This document shows, one piece after another, positions 46,834-60,073 of a stretch of DNA of 64,000 bases. The position numbers were made by a program, and so were the translations under genes. The DNA lies in NCBI GenBank assembly GCA_038087875.1, contig CM075987.1, positions 26,972,001 through 27,036,000 of the forward strand, given 5' to 3'. Below the pieces are notes generated by a model that did not search any database, had not been told where the DNA came from, and worked only from the letters and a program-made list of their open reading frames with translations. Each line of letters starts with the position of its first letter. Positions within the stretch are counted from its first letter, which is position 1. The stretch is from Malacoraja senta. Taxonomy: Eukaryota.

Positions 46834-48010
46834 GTAAAATGCACTCCAAAGATGCACAGGTTTAATTGTCTTGTTAAAATTGTAAATTGTCCCTGGTGTG
46901 TGTAGGATCGTGTTAATGTGCGGGGATCGCTGGGGGTTGCGGACTCGGTGGGCCGAAGAGCCTGTTTCTGCGCTGCATCTATGAACTAAACTAAATTAAA
47001 CATTCCATGCAACATTTTTTGTTTCATTCCATGTGACCGGAATCATTACTTTATTTGCATTTATTTTATTTTCCAATTAATTTTCTCAATTCATGAGGAA
47101 ACACATTTTCACCCAGAGAGTTGTGAGTCTGTGGAATTCTCTGCCTCAGAGGGCGGTGGAGGCAGGTTCTCTGGATTCTTTCAAGAGAGAGCTAGATAGG
47201 GCTCTTAAAGACAGCGGAGTCAGGGGATTTGGGGAGAAGGCAGGAACGGGGTACTGATTGTGGATGATCAGCCATGATCACATTGAATGGCGGTGCTGGC
47301 TCGACGTGGGCCGAATGTCCTACTCCTGCACCTATTGTCTATTGTCTATAAATTACAGCTTGCTTGTGTTGCAGCTTGGTATGGGAATCCCAAAGGGGGA
47401 GTTTAGTGTAGGTTCCATAACTGCACCTTCTCTGTTTTCACCACCAAATCTCTCGGCTTCAGTGAGGCACCTCTGGGCGTGAGGCTCTTAGTCAGCACAT
47501 CTTCGTTTTACTTGGATCGTAATTTCCAGGAAATAACTTGAAGTGCGCCGAAGTCATTATTGTCAATCAGGACCAGAGGCAGTTCATAAATAGGAAGAGA
47601 TCGCTGAAACATGAAGTCAGCAAAGTCCCCATTTTGACATCTCAGCAACTATGAAAAAATTAGCTCATCATTTTTGCAGGCATCATTTATTTTGCAGCAG
47701 CCCATTGACTTAAAGGAGAAAATGCCGGTGGAGGCTTGTCAAGTACAAATTAAATATCACCCCGCCACATTTGAAGTGTTACCTTTTGCTGAAATGAAAT
47801 GAGAGGGAACGATTAGTTAGTTGGCTCAGGTAGACAAAAAATGCTGGAGAAACTCAGGGGGTGAGGCAGCATATATGGAGCGAAGGAAATAGGTGACGTT
47901 TCGGGTCTCCACCCATAGATGCTGCCTCACCCGCTGAGTTTCTCCAGCATTTTTGTCTACCTTCGATTATCCCAGCATCTGCAGTTCCTTCTTAAACAGT
48001 TAGTTGGCTC

Positions 48011-48304
48011 AGTTTAGTTTAGTTTAGTTTGGAGATACAGCGCCGAATCCAGCCCTTTGGCCCACCGAGTCCGCGCCGACCAGCGATCCCCGCGCACTAA
48101 CACTACCCTACACACACACTAGAGGCAATTTACATTTACACCAAGCCAATTAACCTACATACCTGCACGTCTTCGTAGTGTGCGAGGAAACCAAAGATCT
48201 TGGAGAAAATCCACGTGGTCACGATGAGAACATACAAACTCCGTACAGACGGCACCTGTAGTCGGGATCGAACCCGGCCTCTACCGCTGCACCACCGTGC
48301 CGCC
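48011..48304 (-). mobile_element. V-SINE (HE1-like)
   Basis: Reverse complement of SINE consensus. Confidence 0.8.
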
Positions 48305-49282
48305 CACTTTGCTTAGATGCCTGGGGAAGTTTGAATCCAATACACATCTGAGAAGTAATTGTACAATCCAAGGCTGATGAGAAGAAAATGTTGGTTCTCA
48401 TTTCAATCATTCTCAGATGTTAAATGGTATTCATGAGTGGAATTGTTCTGTAATGTAATTATTTGGCACGGGATTCTGCGCATTTTAATAAAATAATTCT
48501 CTGGTTGGCAGACATTAGAAGTCGGACTAAAATCTAGAGCACACAAAACACATATAAATAACGCAAAGGAATGTTACTGAGGAGGCAGGTTGTTCCAAGC
48601 CATTTGACAATTCTCTCACATCGCCCCGTGGACAGTGATTCTCTTGCTAAACAGCATCACTCAGAAGACCGGGTGTGAGAACATTGATGGGGCAAATGGC
48701 CCAATTCTGCTCCTAGAACTTAGAGTCAGACCACGAGGAAACAGCCTCTTCTGCCCAACTTGCCCACACCGGCCAACCGGCCCATCTACACTAGTCCCAC
48801 CTGCCTGTGTTTGGTCCATATCCCTCCAAACCTGTCCTGTCCATGTACCTGTCTAACTGTTTCTTAAACGTTGGGATAGTCCCAGCTGCAACTACCTCCT
48901 CTGGCAGCTCGTTCCATACACCCACCACCCTTTAGTTGCCGTATATATGAATTTCTAGACCATTACTTTTTTCATGAAGTCAATATTCAGTGGTACCTCA
49001 AAAAATTGCAAACTTAGAAAACTTAGAACTTCAAACGCAGTTGATTTTTTCCTGTTGTGAATAGTTATTTTACAGATACTGAGTTAGCAGGCAATTGCTT
49101 TTTAAGATAAAGTGCAGAATAGTTTCACCAGTGGCACGAGTTAAAAACATTTGAAAAGTGGTGGACTAACAATGGCCTGTTTCCTTTATCATCGATACCT
49201 TTTTGCATATCTTTCATACGTTTGTTCTATATCTCTCTGCGTCACCGTCTATATCTCTCGTTTCCCTTTCCCCTGACTCTCA

Positions 49283-49314
49283 GTCTGAAGAAGGGTCTCG
49301 ACCCGAAACGTCAC
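49283..49314 (+). ncRNA. Minimal type-I hammerhead ribozyme motif in a Penelope terminal repeat
   Basis: GU-CUGAAGA(49285-91)-A-GGGUC-UC-GACCC-GAAAC-GUC(49310-12)-AC; core intact, palindromic ACGU stem III, proximal stem I only 2 bp. Confidence 0.6.
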
Positions 49315-52300
49315 CTATTCCTTCTCTCCAGAGATGCTGCCAGCATTTCTTGTCTACTTTCGGTAAAAATGTGAAAGTACGTTAATATTTTCCATGTTAT
49401 TTTCTAGCCATTCCTCTGTGTTTTCGTCTCCTGAACACAAGGTTTCCGGAGGCAGAGTAATATATGAATATTATTCCTGTATTAATGAATCTTTCAATTT
49501 CCTTCCTCAATGGTCACTGCTATTCTCGATTGCCCGAAACAGAAAACACAGAAAGAGTTAGATTTAGCTCTTAGGGCAAAAGGAATCAAGGGACATGGGA
49601 AAAAGCAGGAACGGGGTACTGATTTTAGATGATCAGCCATTATCGTATAGAATGGCGGTGCTGCCTCAAAGGGCCGAATGGCCTACTCTTGCACCTATTT
49701 TTCTACATTTCTATGTTTCTACAATGACCTTGCAATAAGATAGACACAAAATGCTGAAGTAACTCAGCAGGACAGACAGCCTCAACCACCTCCTCCAGCA
49801 GCTCGTTCCATACACCAACCACCCTTTGTGTGGAAACGTTACCCCTGAGGTTCCTGTGAAATCTATTCCCCTTCACCTTAAAACTATGTCCTCTGGTCCT
49901 CGATTCCACAACTCTGGGCAAGAGACTCTGTGCGTCGACCCGATCTATTCCTTTCATGATTTTATACACCTCTATAAGATCACCCCTCATCCTCCTGCGC
50001 TCCAAGGAATAGAGTCCCAGCCTGCCCAACCTCTCGAGACCTGGCAACATCCTCGTAAATCTCTCTGTACCCTTTCCAGCTTGACAACATCTTTCCTATA
50101 ACATGGTGCCCAGAACGGAACACAATACTCTAAATATTCTAAATAAACGAGGGATCTTCAAATCTTAAGATAGACGCAAAATGCTGGAGTAATGCAGTGG
50201 GACAGGCAGCATCTCTGGATAGGAATGGATAATGTTTTGGGTCAAGACCCTTCTTCATTCCCATCACCCATCCCTTCTATCCAGAGATGCTGCCTGTCCC
50301 GTTGAGTTCTTCCAGCATTTTGCATCAATCTTCGGTGTAACCCAGCATCTGCAGTTCCTTCCCACACAATATTAGACACGGGTTACTGATTGTGGATGAT
50401 CAGCCATGTTCACAAGGAATGGCGATCCAGGCTCGAAGGGCCAAATGGCCTCATCCTGCACCTATTTTCTATGTTTCTAATACTCTAAATACTCTAAATA
50501 AAGGAGGTATCTTCAAAACTTGGTTCCTATTTAAGAAGCTGGGATTTCTACAGTGGTGTCCTACAGAAGTGTGCTGCATCTATTTCTGGAATGCAAACTT
50601 TAATTACTTCCTCCACTAACAGATCTGGGAGGTATTGATCTGTGGCTTTAGTGACCTGAACATTGATGCGAAGATAGACACAAAAAGCTGGAGTAACTCA
50701 GCGGGACAGGCGGCATCATTAAACCAGCAGTTCCTTCTTGAACATTGATGGCCTTGCTTATCTGCAGTTGTTGGGTTCAATACCACACCCCCCCCCCCCC
50801 CACCCCCAAGGACTTCAACATGGAGTCACAGAGTGATACAGCATGGAAACAGGCCCTTCTCCCAACCTGCCCACACCGGCCGACATGTCCCAGCTACACT
50901 AGTCCCACCTGCTCACTATTGGTCTATATCCCTCCAAATTTGTCCTATACAATACAATACAATACCATTTATTGTTATTTGAACCTCAAATGAAGTTCAA
51001 ACGAAATTTGGTTTCTGCAGTCATAAAACAAGAAAAGAACCAAGACACAACACAATTTACACAAACATCCATCACAGTGAATCTCCTCCTCACTGTGATG
51101 GAAGACAAAGTCTTGTCTCTCCCCTGTATCCATGTACCTGTACCTAATTGCTTCTTAAACGTTGGGATAGTCACAGTCTCAACTACCTCCTCTGGCAGCT
51201 TGTTCCATACACCCACCACCCTTTGTGTGAAAAAGTCACCCCTCAGATTCCTCTTAAATCTTTTCCCCTTCACCTTGAACCTCTGTCCTCTGTACAGTGA
51301 TGCTGCGGCTTATCTGCAGTTGTTGAGTTCAACACCTCATCCCAAGGCCGCAACGTACTCACACAGAGGATGAGTGTGATGTTCCTCGAGCTTGCATCAC
51401 CGTCTTTACGACCCAGTGTTGTAGTCAAGCATTTCAGGTGGTTTGACAGAGTCTGAAGAAGGGTCTCGACCCGAAATGTCATCCATTCCTTCTCTTCAGA
51501 GATGCTGCCTGTCCCGCTGAGTTACTCCAGCCTTTTGTGTCTGTATTTGCTTGTAAGAAGATTCAGTGTAAAATCAGGCAAAATATATAGAAGTGTGAAA
51601 ACGCACACCTCCAGATTCAGGGACAGTTTCTTCCCAGCTGTTATCAGGCAACTGAATCATCCTCTCACAACTAAGAAGCAGTCCTGAACTACTATCTACC
51701 TCATTGGTGACCCTCGGACTATCTTTGATCTGACTTTTCTGGCTTTATCTTACACTAAATGTTATTCCCTTATCATGCATCTATACACTGTAAATGGCTT
51801 GATTGTAATCATGTATTGTCTTTCCGCTGACTGGTTAGCACGCAACAAAAGCTTTTCACTGTACCTCGGTACACGTAACAATAAACGTAACGGTTAAACA
51901 CATAAAGGTCAAACATAGACACAGGTAGACCAGACTGGTTAAGGCTGATATTTCCTTCCCTAGAGGGACGGTGGCGCAGCGGTAGAGTTGCTGCCTCACA
52001 GCGCCAGACACCCCGGGTTCGATCCTGACCATGGGTGCTGTCTGTATGGAGTTTGTACGTTCTCCCCGTGACCTGCGTGGGTTTTCTTTTAAAAAAAATA
52101 TGAGTAATCCATAGATGTAATGAATAGGACACTTGAGGTGGAACATGTGAAAAGTAATTACCGTTGAAATGTTTTCCATTAGAAGTTCAGAAAACATATA
52201 TTTCTCACTCGGTTTGATTAGCTACAGGATCTTTGTATGAATCATCTCCAGAGATCTTCGGAGAGCAATGCGTTTAGGTGAGGTTGAATTGCAACGCTTC

Positions 52301-52734
52301 CAGTCTATCCTCCAACCTGAGATAAAGGCAGAAACAACATTAAATGTGATTTATATCGTGAAAATGCTTTTACATTTGACTGGTTATTTTGGCATTAATG
52401 CACACTGAAGATGATGTTTCCCGCAACCTATGATAGGATATTTATGTCTCGGTATTACCTCCCCGCGTATCTTTCCTGTAATGGACCGACATTAAATTAC
52501 AGACTTCAATTCCATGGTTTATCAATCTTCAAATATTAAAATGCCTATTAGCCAATGTAGCTGCCAGTTGGTGGAAAGGTTCCCAATAGATGATGTACAT
52601 CTGGCCTTTTGAAATAACTATTATATAATTAACTGTGAGCGGAAACATGAATGGGATGCCTGCGGACCTTTTATAGTCACGTGTAACAGTTTCAGCGGAA
52701 TATATTTTCTGCCTACAGCTTTTCCACTTGGTTT

Positions 52735-53443
52735 ACAGTGTATAAAATCATGAGAGGTATCGATCGGGTTGATGCCTCTTGCCCACAGTTGGGGAATCGA
52801 GGACCAGAGGAAATTGGTTTAAGGTGAAGGGGAAAAGATTTAATCGGAATCTGAGGGGTAACTTTTTCACACAGAGGGTGGTGGGTGTATGGAACGAGCT
52901 GCCGGAGGAGGTAGTTGAAGCAGGGACTATCCCAACGTTTAAGAAACAGTTAGACACGTACATGGATAGGGCAGGATTAGAAGGATATGGGCCAAACGCA
53001 GGCAGATGGGACCACTGTAGTTGGGACATGTTGGCCAGAGTGGGCAAGTTGGGCCAAAGCCATTTGGGACAAATCCCAAATTCTTAAGGGATTGGACAGG
53101 CTACCTGCAGGAAAAATGTTCCCGATGTTGGGGGAGTCCAGAACCAGGGGCCACAGTTTAAGAATAAGGGGTAAGCCATTTAGAATGGAGACGAGGAAAC
53201 ACGTTTTCTCACAGAGAGTTGTGAATCTGTGGAATTCTCTGCCTCAGAGGGTGGTGGAGGCCGGTTCCCAGGATACTTTCAAGAGAGAGCTAGATAGGGC
53301 TCTTATAGATAGCGGAGTCAGGGGATATGGGGAGAAGGCAGGAACGGGGTACTGATTGTGGATGATCAGCCATGATCACATTGAATGGCGGTGCTGGCTC
53401 GAAGGGCCGAATGGCCTACTCCTGCACCTATTGTCTATTGTCT
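52735..53443 (+). mobile_element. Two adjacent CR1 3' fragments
   Basis: ORFs 52779-53087 and 52987-53355 each encode the ORF2 C-terminus. Confidence 0.85.
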
Positions 53444-54017
53444 ATATTTGTTTATTTAGTGAGTATGTGGGAATGTGTGTATATATATACACAGAACTTT
53501 TTTTTCCTCTCCCGTTCTGTATTATGTTTACATATTGTGTTGTGCTGCAGCAAGCAAGAATTTCATTGTCCTATCTGGGACATATGACTATAAAACAATC
53601 TTGACACTTAATGCCACACTGATGCTATTGAAAAGCTCAACAACATATGACAGTTCTTCAAAACATTTACCTGCCAGGCCAGTGCTCTCAATTATTTTTT
53701 TCCATGACCCTGTACAGTACTGATGTTCAGAGAGCACGACCACTTTCTAACGTGTAATTACACTTCTCATTGACCTTCACTTGTTCTCTATCATCCTGCG
53801 CTCTCATTGTGTCTCGGTAACAGAGCAATGAGCCTGTCGCAGAACAGATTTGTCCAACGTTCGAAACCAAATGAACTAAGATGGCTGTGCATGCTTGACT
53901 TCCAGTCACAGAGAGGGTAGAATTGCACTCGACTCCTTTGCAATCCAGACAGTGCTTTGGCGCTGTGAAGCGGCAACTCTACTGCTGCGCCACCGTGCTG
54001 CCCCTCATCCCGTTCCA

Positions 54018-54515
54018 TTGGCGCAGCGGTAGAGTTGCTGCCTCACAGCGCCAGAGACCCGGGTTCGATCCTGACTACGGGTGCTGTCTGTACGGAGTTT
54101 GTACGTTCTCCCCGTGACCTGCGTGGGTTTTCTCCGCGTGCTCCAGTTTGCTCCCACACTCCAAAGACGTACAGGTTTGTAAGCTACTTGAATTAATAAA
54201 ACTGCAAATTGTCCCCAGTGTGTGTTGGTTAGTGTTAGTGTCAAGTCAAGTCAAGTCACATTTATTTATATAGCACATTTAAAAAACAACTCTCGTTGGC
54301 CAAAGTGCTTTACATTTGTTATAAGAATAATATAAACAAACAAACTACATACATATATACATATAGCCCTCGCTCAGAGGATGTCAAGAAAGGCTTGGGA
54401 GTATAGATAAGTTTTTAGTCTTGAGTCTTAGGTTTTTAGTGTGCGGGGATCGCTGGTTGGCATGGACTCAGTAGGCCGAAGGGCCTGTTTCTGCACTGTA
54501 TCTCTAAAATCTAAA
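54018..54515 (+). mobile_element. V-SINE split by an L2 tail (54241-54420, minus)
   Basis: SINE resumes at TTAGTGTGCGGGGATCG after the L2 fragment. Confidence 0.75.
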
Positions 54516-55195
54516 GCTCTAAACCTTCCTGTAGTATTGTATCTCCTGAGGCTGCACTATATACACAGTTAAGATGAACAGACATTGATATTGTGTCTCA
54601 TTCACTGAGCCTCTGTACATTATCATGATCACCACAGCTAGAATGTGGTGATTCCACTGTGAGTCATGAGATGGTGTTAATTTTGGTACTTTGGAGAAAA
54701 GTCTGGAGTGGTACATAACAAGCGGTGTTAATATTTGCAATGTTAAACAGATATTGGATTTGCTCTTTTATACCACCCAGAGGAGCTGGTACAGGCTCTC
54801 TGCTAGGAATAGTTACTCTGCAGAATAGATTAAACTTTATTGCAACCATTTTAGAACCCGTTAGAAGAAAATTGCATTAATAAATGCTTTTTATTCCTTT
54901 CCACTAACGGAGGTGAGTGACTCTGAAATATTATCTTTATTTACAAACACATTCTGTTGAAAACTCAACCAATTTGCAGTCAAATCTCTTGAACGTCACT
55001 TGGAATAAACAGACGTTTAAAACAGCAACATTATTACTCAGTTTTTCTTCCGATCTGCCCATTGAGAGGAGTTGGTGGAAGTCGTAATTAGGGCCTGAGT
55101 TCCTTAGTTTTAAATGGGGGAAAAGCAACAAAAAATCTCCTGCATCACCCATTCGGAAGTGCTTCCCACGACTCCAATTGCCTCCTGCTTGGCTG

Positions 55196-56212
55196 TTCAT
55201 AAGTTCACAAGGATAGGAGCAGAATTACACCATTCGGCCCATCATCATCTCCGCCATTTCAATCATGGCTGATTTATCTCTCCCTCCTAACCCCATTCTC
55301 CTGCCTTCTCCCCATAACCCCTGACACCCGCACTAATCAAGAATCTATCTATCTCTGCCTTAAAAATATCCACTGACTTGGCCTCCAACGCTGTCAGTGG
55401 CAAAGAATTCCACAGATTCACCACCATCTGACTAAAGAAATTCTTCCTCATCTTCCTAAAAGAACGTCCTTTAATTCTGAGGCTATGACCTCCAATCCTA
55501 GACTCTCCCACTGGTGGAAACATCCTCTCCACATCCACTCTGTCCAAGCATTTCACTAATTTGTACAGGGTCCCCCCTCATTCTTCTAAACTCCAGCGAG
55601 TACAGGCCCAGTGCTGACAAACGCTCATCATATGTTAACCTACTCATTCCTAGAATCATTCTTGTAAACCTCCTCTGGACCTTCCCGAGAGCCAGCACAT
55701 CCTTCCTCATATATGGGGCCCAGAATTGCTCTCAATATTCCAAACGTGGCCTGACCAGCGCCTTATAGAGCCTCAGCATTACATCCCTGTTTTTGTACAC
55801 AAGCCCTCTTGAAATAAATGCTAGCATTGCGTTTGCTTTCTTTACTACTGATTCAACTTGCAGATTAACTTTTTGGGAATCCTGCACCAGCACTCCCAAG
55901 TCCCTTTGCACCTCCGATTTCTGGATTCTCACCCCATTTAGAAAATAGTCCACGCCTTTATTCATACTACCAAAATGCACGACTCCACACTTTGCTCCAC
56001 TGTGTTCCATCTGCAACTTCTCTGCCCACTCTCCCAACCTATCCAACTCCTTCTGCAGAGTCCCTGCTTTCTCTACACTACCTGCCCATCCACCTATTTT
56101 CATATCATCCGCAAACTTGGCCACAAAGCCTTCAATGCCCTCATCCAAATACAGTGACCCCAGCGCCAAGCCCTGCGGAACTCCGCTAGTCACTGGCAGC
56201 CAACCAGAAAAA
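55196..56212 (-). mobile_element. CR1 ~1-kb 3' fragment (disrupted RT)
   Basis: TSGVPQG..KFADD..LYKALVRPRLEY..RRFTRMI..GHSLRIKG over ORFs 55732-56193, 55498-55710, 55287-55556. Confidence 0.9.
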
Positions 56213-57049
56213 GTTCACCAAATTCTCTAAATGCACTCTTTTCATTTTATTAGTAAGATTTTTATCATTTTCCATTTGCTTCAGGAAACATTTTGACAAA
56301 CATTTTTGCTAAATGAATAGAGATGCAATCTATACCTAGTTTTCTTTCATGATCAGAACTCAGATAGAATATCTAGCCCACTGCATTTCCCAACAGCAAT
56401 GGAAGAACTACCGACACCACCTGATAAGGCCAGCACAGATGCTTTCTTCGGTGAACCTGTCCTGTGGACAATTGTTGTTTAACTGGGCAGAGAGGGCAGA
56501 CGGCTGTGGGCAGCGCAGTGGCGCAGTAGTAGAGTAGCTGCCTTACAGCGCCAGAGACCTGGGTTCTAAAATTGGCCGAAATAAGAACTGCAGATGCTGG
56601 TTTATACCAAAGATAGATACAGAGTGCTGGATTAACTCAGCGGGTCAGGCAGCATCTCTGGAGAAAAACGATAGATGACGTTTTGGGTCGGGACCCTTTT
56701 GAAGATGACCTTCAGGCTATTAATCCTAATGGATCATTCACCTTAATGTTCACATCTTAGGTTTAAATGTCTTGTTTCCAGCCGTTTGAAGAAGTGTCCT
56801 AACCCGAAATGTCACCTATCCATGTTCTCCACAGATGCTGCCTGACCCGCTGAGTTACTCCAGCACTCTGTGTATTTTTGTGCATTAACCAGCATCTACA
56901 GTTCCTTGTTTCTATCATGAGGATTACCACCTAAATTGTACCAATCTAAAATAAATGATAAAAATATGCATATTTTTAAAGGACCTAAAGTAGTAGTTAC
57001 AGTGTGACACTTGGAAATGTGAACTATTAATGATACTTTAATATTTCAT

Positions 57050-57363
57050 TTTTAGTTTGGTTTAGAGATACGGTGTGGAAACAGGCCCTTCGGCCCACCT
57101 AGACCGCACCGACCAGCGATCCCCGCACATTAACACTACCCTACACACACTAGGGACAATTTACATTTATACCAAACCAATTAACCTACAAACCTGCACG
57201 TCTTTGGAGTGTGGGAGGAAACCGGAGATCTCGGGGAAAACCCACGCAGGTCACGGGGGAGAACGTACAAACCTCGTACAGACAGCACCCGTAGTCGGGA
57301 TGGAACCCAAGACCTGGGTCTGTGGCGCTGTGAGGCAGCAACTCCACCGCTGCGCCACCGTGC
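57050..57363 (-). mobile_element. V-SINE (HE1-like)
   Basis: Full-length reverse-complement copy. Confidence 0.85.
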
Positions 57364-58610
57364 TGACATGAAAATCCAGAGAATCGCCAACATCCAGCGA
57401 ATGGTTGATACAAATCCACCTAAAGCAAAGTAATCAATACCTTGCAAAGTGGATAAACGGGAATTAATTTGCACAACTGAAAACATTAGAAATGCAAATG
57501 ATTAAATCAATAGGGTGTTTAGCAAGTCTTTTAACTTCCAAACATGGGAACGCAAAATTGCAATTAGTTTGACACAAAAATGTTGTTGCAATTGCAACAG
57601 AGCAAGAAATCACATTAAGATACCGAAAATAATGGAGGCATCAAAGACGCATTAAGATATTCATAGGAATGGGAATTTTAAATTGGTTATTGCTGTGATT
57701 GAGAAGGGCTGAAGAATAATTTGAAGGTTCGTTGAGTCCTGACTCTGATTCTGATTTGCTGTTTTAATTTGTCTTCCTACATTATAGTAAATATTTCATT
57801 CCTCATTCATAGATTGGATATTTACCAATCTGTGACTTATTTGTTTTGCTTGAAGAGACCATTGCCCTGTCAGTCTTAAAAACTGTGTGTATGCATCCCA
57901 GCCCTAATTCCATTAAGATGCTGCGGTATCCTGGCAGTACTTTAGTCATTGGACCATATACAATGCCTTGAAGTATTTATGTGTGATTTGCTGCTAAACA
58001 ATGTTCGCTACATGAGGTGTAGGAGCAGAATTAGGCCATTCACCTCATCGAATCAACCTCCGCCATTCAATCATGGCTGATCTATCTTTCCCTCTCAAGC
58101 CCATTCCCCTGCCTTTAGACAGGTGCATGGATCGGACAGGTTTAGGAAATTCTTGGAGCACCTTGGACAATACAGCTCACCCCCTCCATGACACACTGGT
58201 CAACCTGAGGAGCACCTTCAGCAACAGACTGGTTCCACCAAGATGCAGCACAGAACGCCACAGGAGATCCTTCTTCCTGTGGCTATCAAACTGTACAACT
58301 ACTCCTCCCCCTTCTGTCGTGGGGTAGACTGACTCCCCTCCCCAGTTTTTGCACATCCACAATCTTTCCCACGTCACTTTAATTTAATGTTTCATGTATT
58401 TTGTGTTTTGTGATTGTTGCCAGACCAATTTCCCTCCTGGGATAAATAAAGTTCTATCGTATCGCATCGTAGAGAGAAATATGGCAAACACAAGCAGGTG
58501 GGACTAATGTAGATGGGACATGTTGGTCAGTGTGGGCAAGTTGGGCCGAAGGGCCTGTTTCCGCGCTGTATCACTCTATGACTCCATGGGATTCCCCAGG
58601 TATAGGGGAT

Positions 58611-58913
58611 TAGATTAGTTTTAGTTTAGTTTGGAGATACAGCGTGAATACAGGCCCTTCTGCCCACTTGAGTTTGCACCCACCCTTGATCAGCCATATA
58701 TTAGTTCTATCCTACATACTAGAGACAATTTACAGAGGCCAATCGACCTACAAACCTGCACCTCTTTGGAGTGTGGGAGGAAACCGGAGCACCAGGAGAA
58801 AAAAAACAATATGGTCATAGGGAGAACATACAAACTCTGTACAGACAGCACCCGTAGTCAGGATCGAACCTGGGTCTCTGGCGCTGTGAGGCAGCAACTC
58901 TACCGCTGCGCCA
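58611..58913 (-). mobile_element. V-SINE (HE1-like)
   Basis: Reverse-complement copy. Confidence 0.8.
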
Positions 58914-59409
58914 CTGGAGCTGTGAGTCAACTGTGCTTTATTCAGTACAATGTGTCATCTTTGGAAACAACAGCCCCAAAGCCATGGATTCCACATTTCC
59001 TTCCATGTTCACACCTTTCCATGAACTCTCCCCTACTGCCTGTGTTCCAATAAATGCCGCATTCCTCTTCATTTATGCTTTTTAGTTCCAGCGTTTTCAT
59101 GCTGGAAGCTGCAAGCACAGAGGAGCAGGTTTTCATTCATTCCATTTGGATGGTAATGATGCAGATTTTTTTCCATGATTTATTTAATGCTTTCTTCCTT
59201 CCTTGACAAGGAACTACATTTTGTTCTCCACAGGAAAAACATTCCAAATCCTCTTTGAATGTGCTAGAAATCTGTCTTCAGATATTCTCATCTATTCATA
59301 AATTCATGTTCATAAGTGATAGGAGCAGAATTAGGCCAGAATCTATCTCTCCCTCACAACCCCCATTCTCCTGCCTTCTCCCCATAAGCCCTGACACCCG
59401 CACTAACAG

Positions 59410-59685
59410 CAACATGGTGGCGCAGCGGTAGAGTTGCTGCCTTACAGCACCAGAGACCCAGGTTCGATCTGTGACCTGCGTGGGTTTCCTCCGAGATCTT
59501 CGGTTTCCTCCAACACTCCAAGGACGCACAGGTGTGTAGGTTAATTGGCTTGGTGTATGTGTAAAAACTGTCCTAGTGTGTGTGGGATAGTGTTAGTGTG
59601 CGGGGATCGCAGGTCAGCGCAGACTCGGTGGGCCAAAGGGCCTGTTGCCATGCTGTATCTCGAAATAAAACGAAACTCAACTAAA
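59410..59685 (+). mobile_element. V-SINE (HE1-like, internal deletion)
   Basis: Head joined directly to GTGACCTGCGTGGG. Confidence 0.8.
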
Positions 59686-60073
59686 TGTACAGTTTATTAT
59701 TTATGCAATTAGAATTTATCACTATATCTCAGTACACATGTCAATAATCCAGTGGGCCTTAACTCATTTGGAACCACATTCTTCACTAATTAAATTCAGT
59801 CTTAAGAAGCATAGCTTTTTTTATTTTTAATATAGATGATCTAATCTGCACATCACATTCTCTCAGCATACTCTAGCCAATCGGTTATGCTAAGCTAACC
59901 AAGCACTGGGATGGAGATGATTATTATTGAATTTTAAATGTTAACTTTGCTGGTTGTTAAGCAGCCAAAGGATCATTCAATGGCACAAAATACACGCAGT
60001 CATTATATTATTGTGAAAGGCCGGTTCAATTTAACTGAGGCAGCAAGCAAGCAAAGGGCAGTTAATTTGTGTA

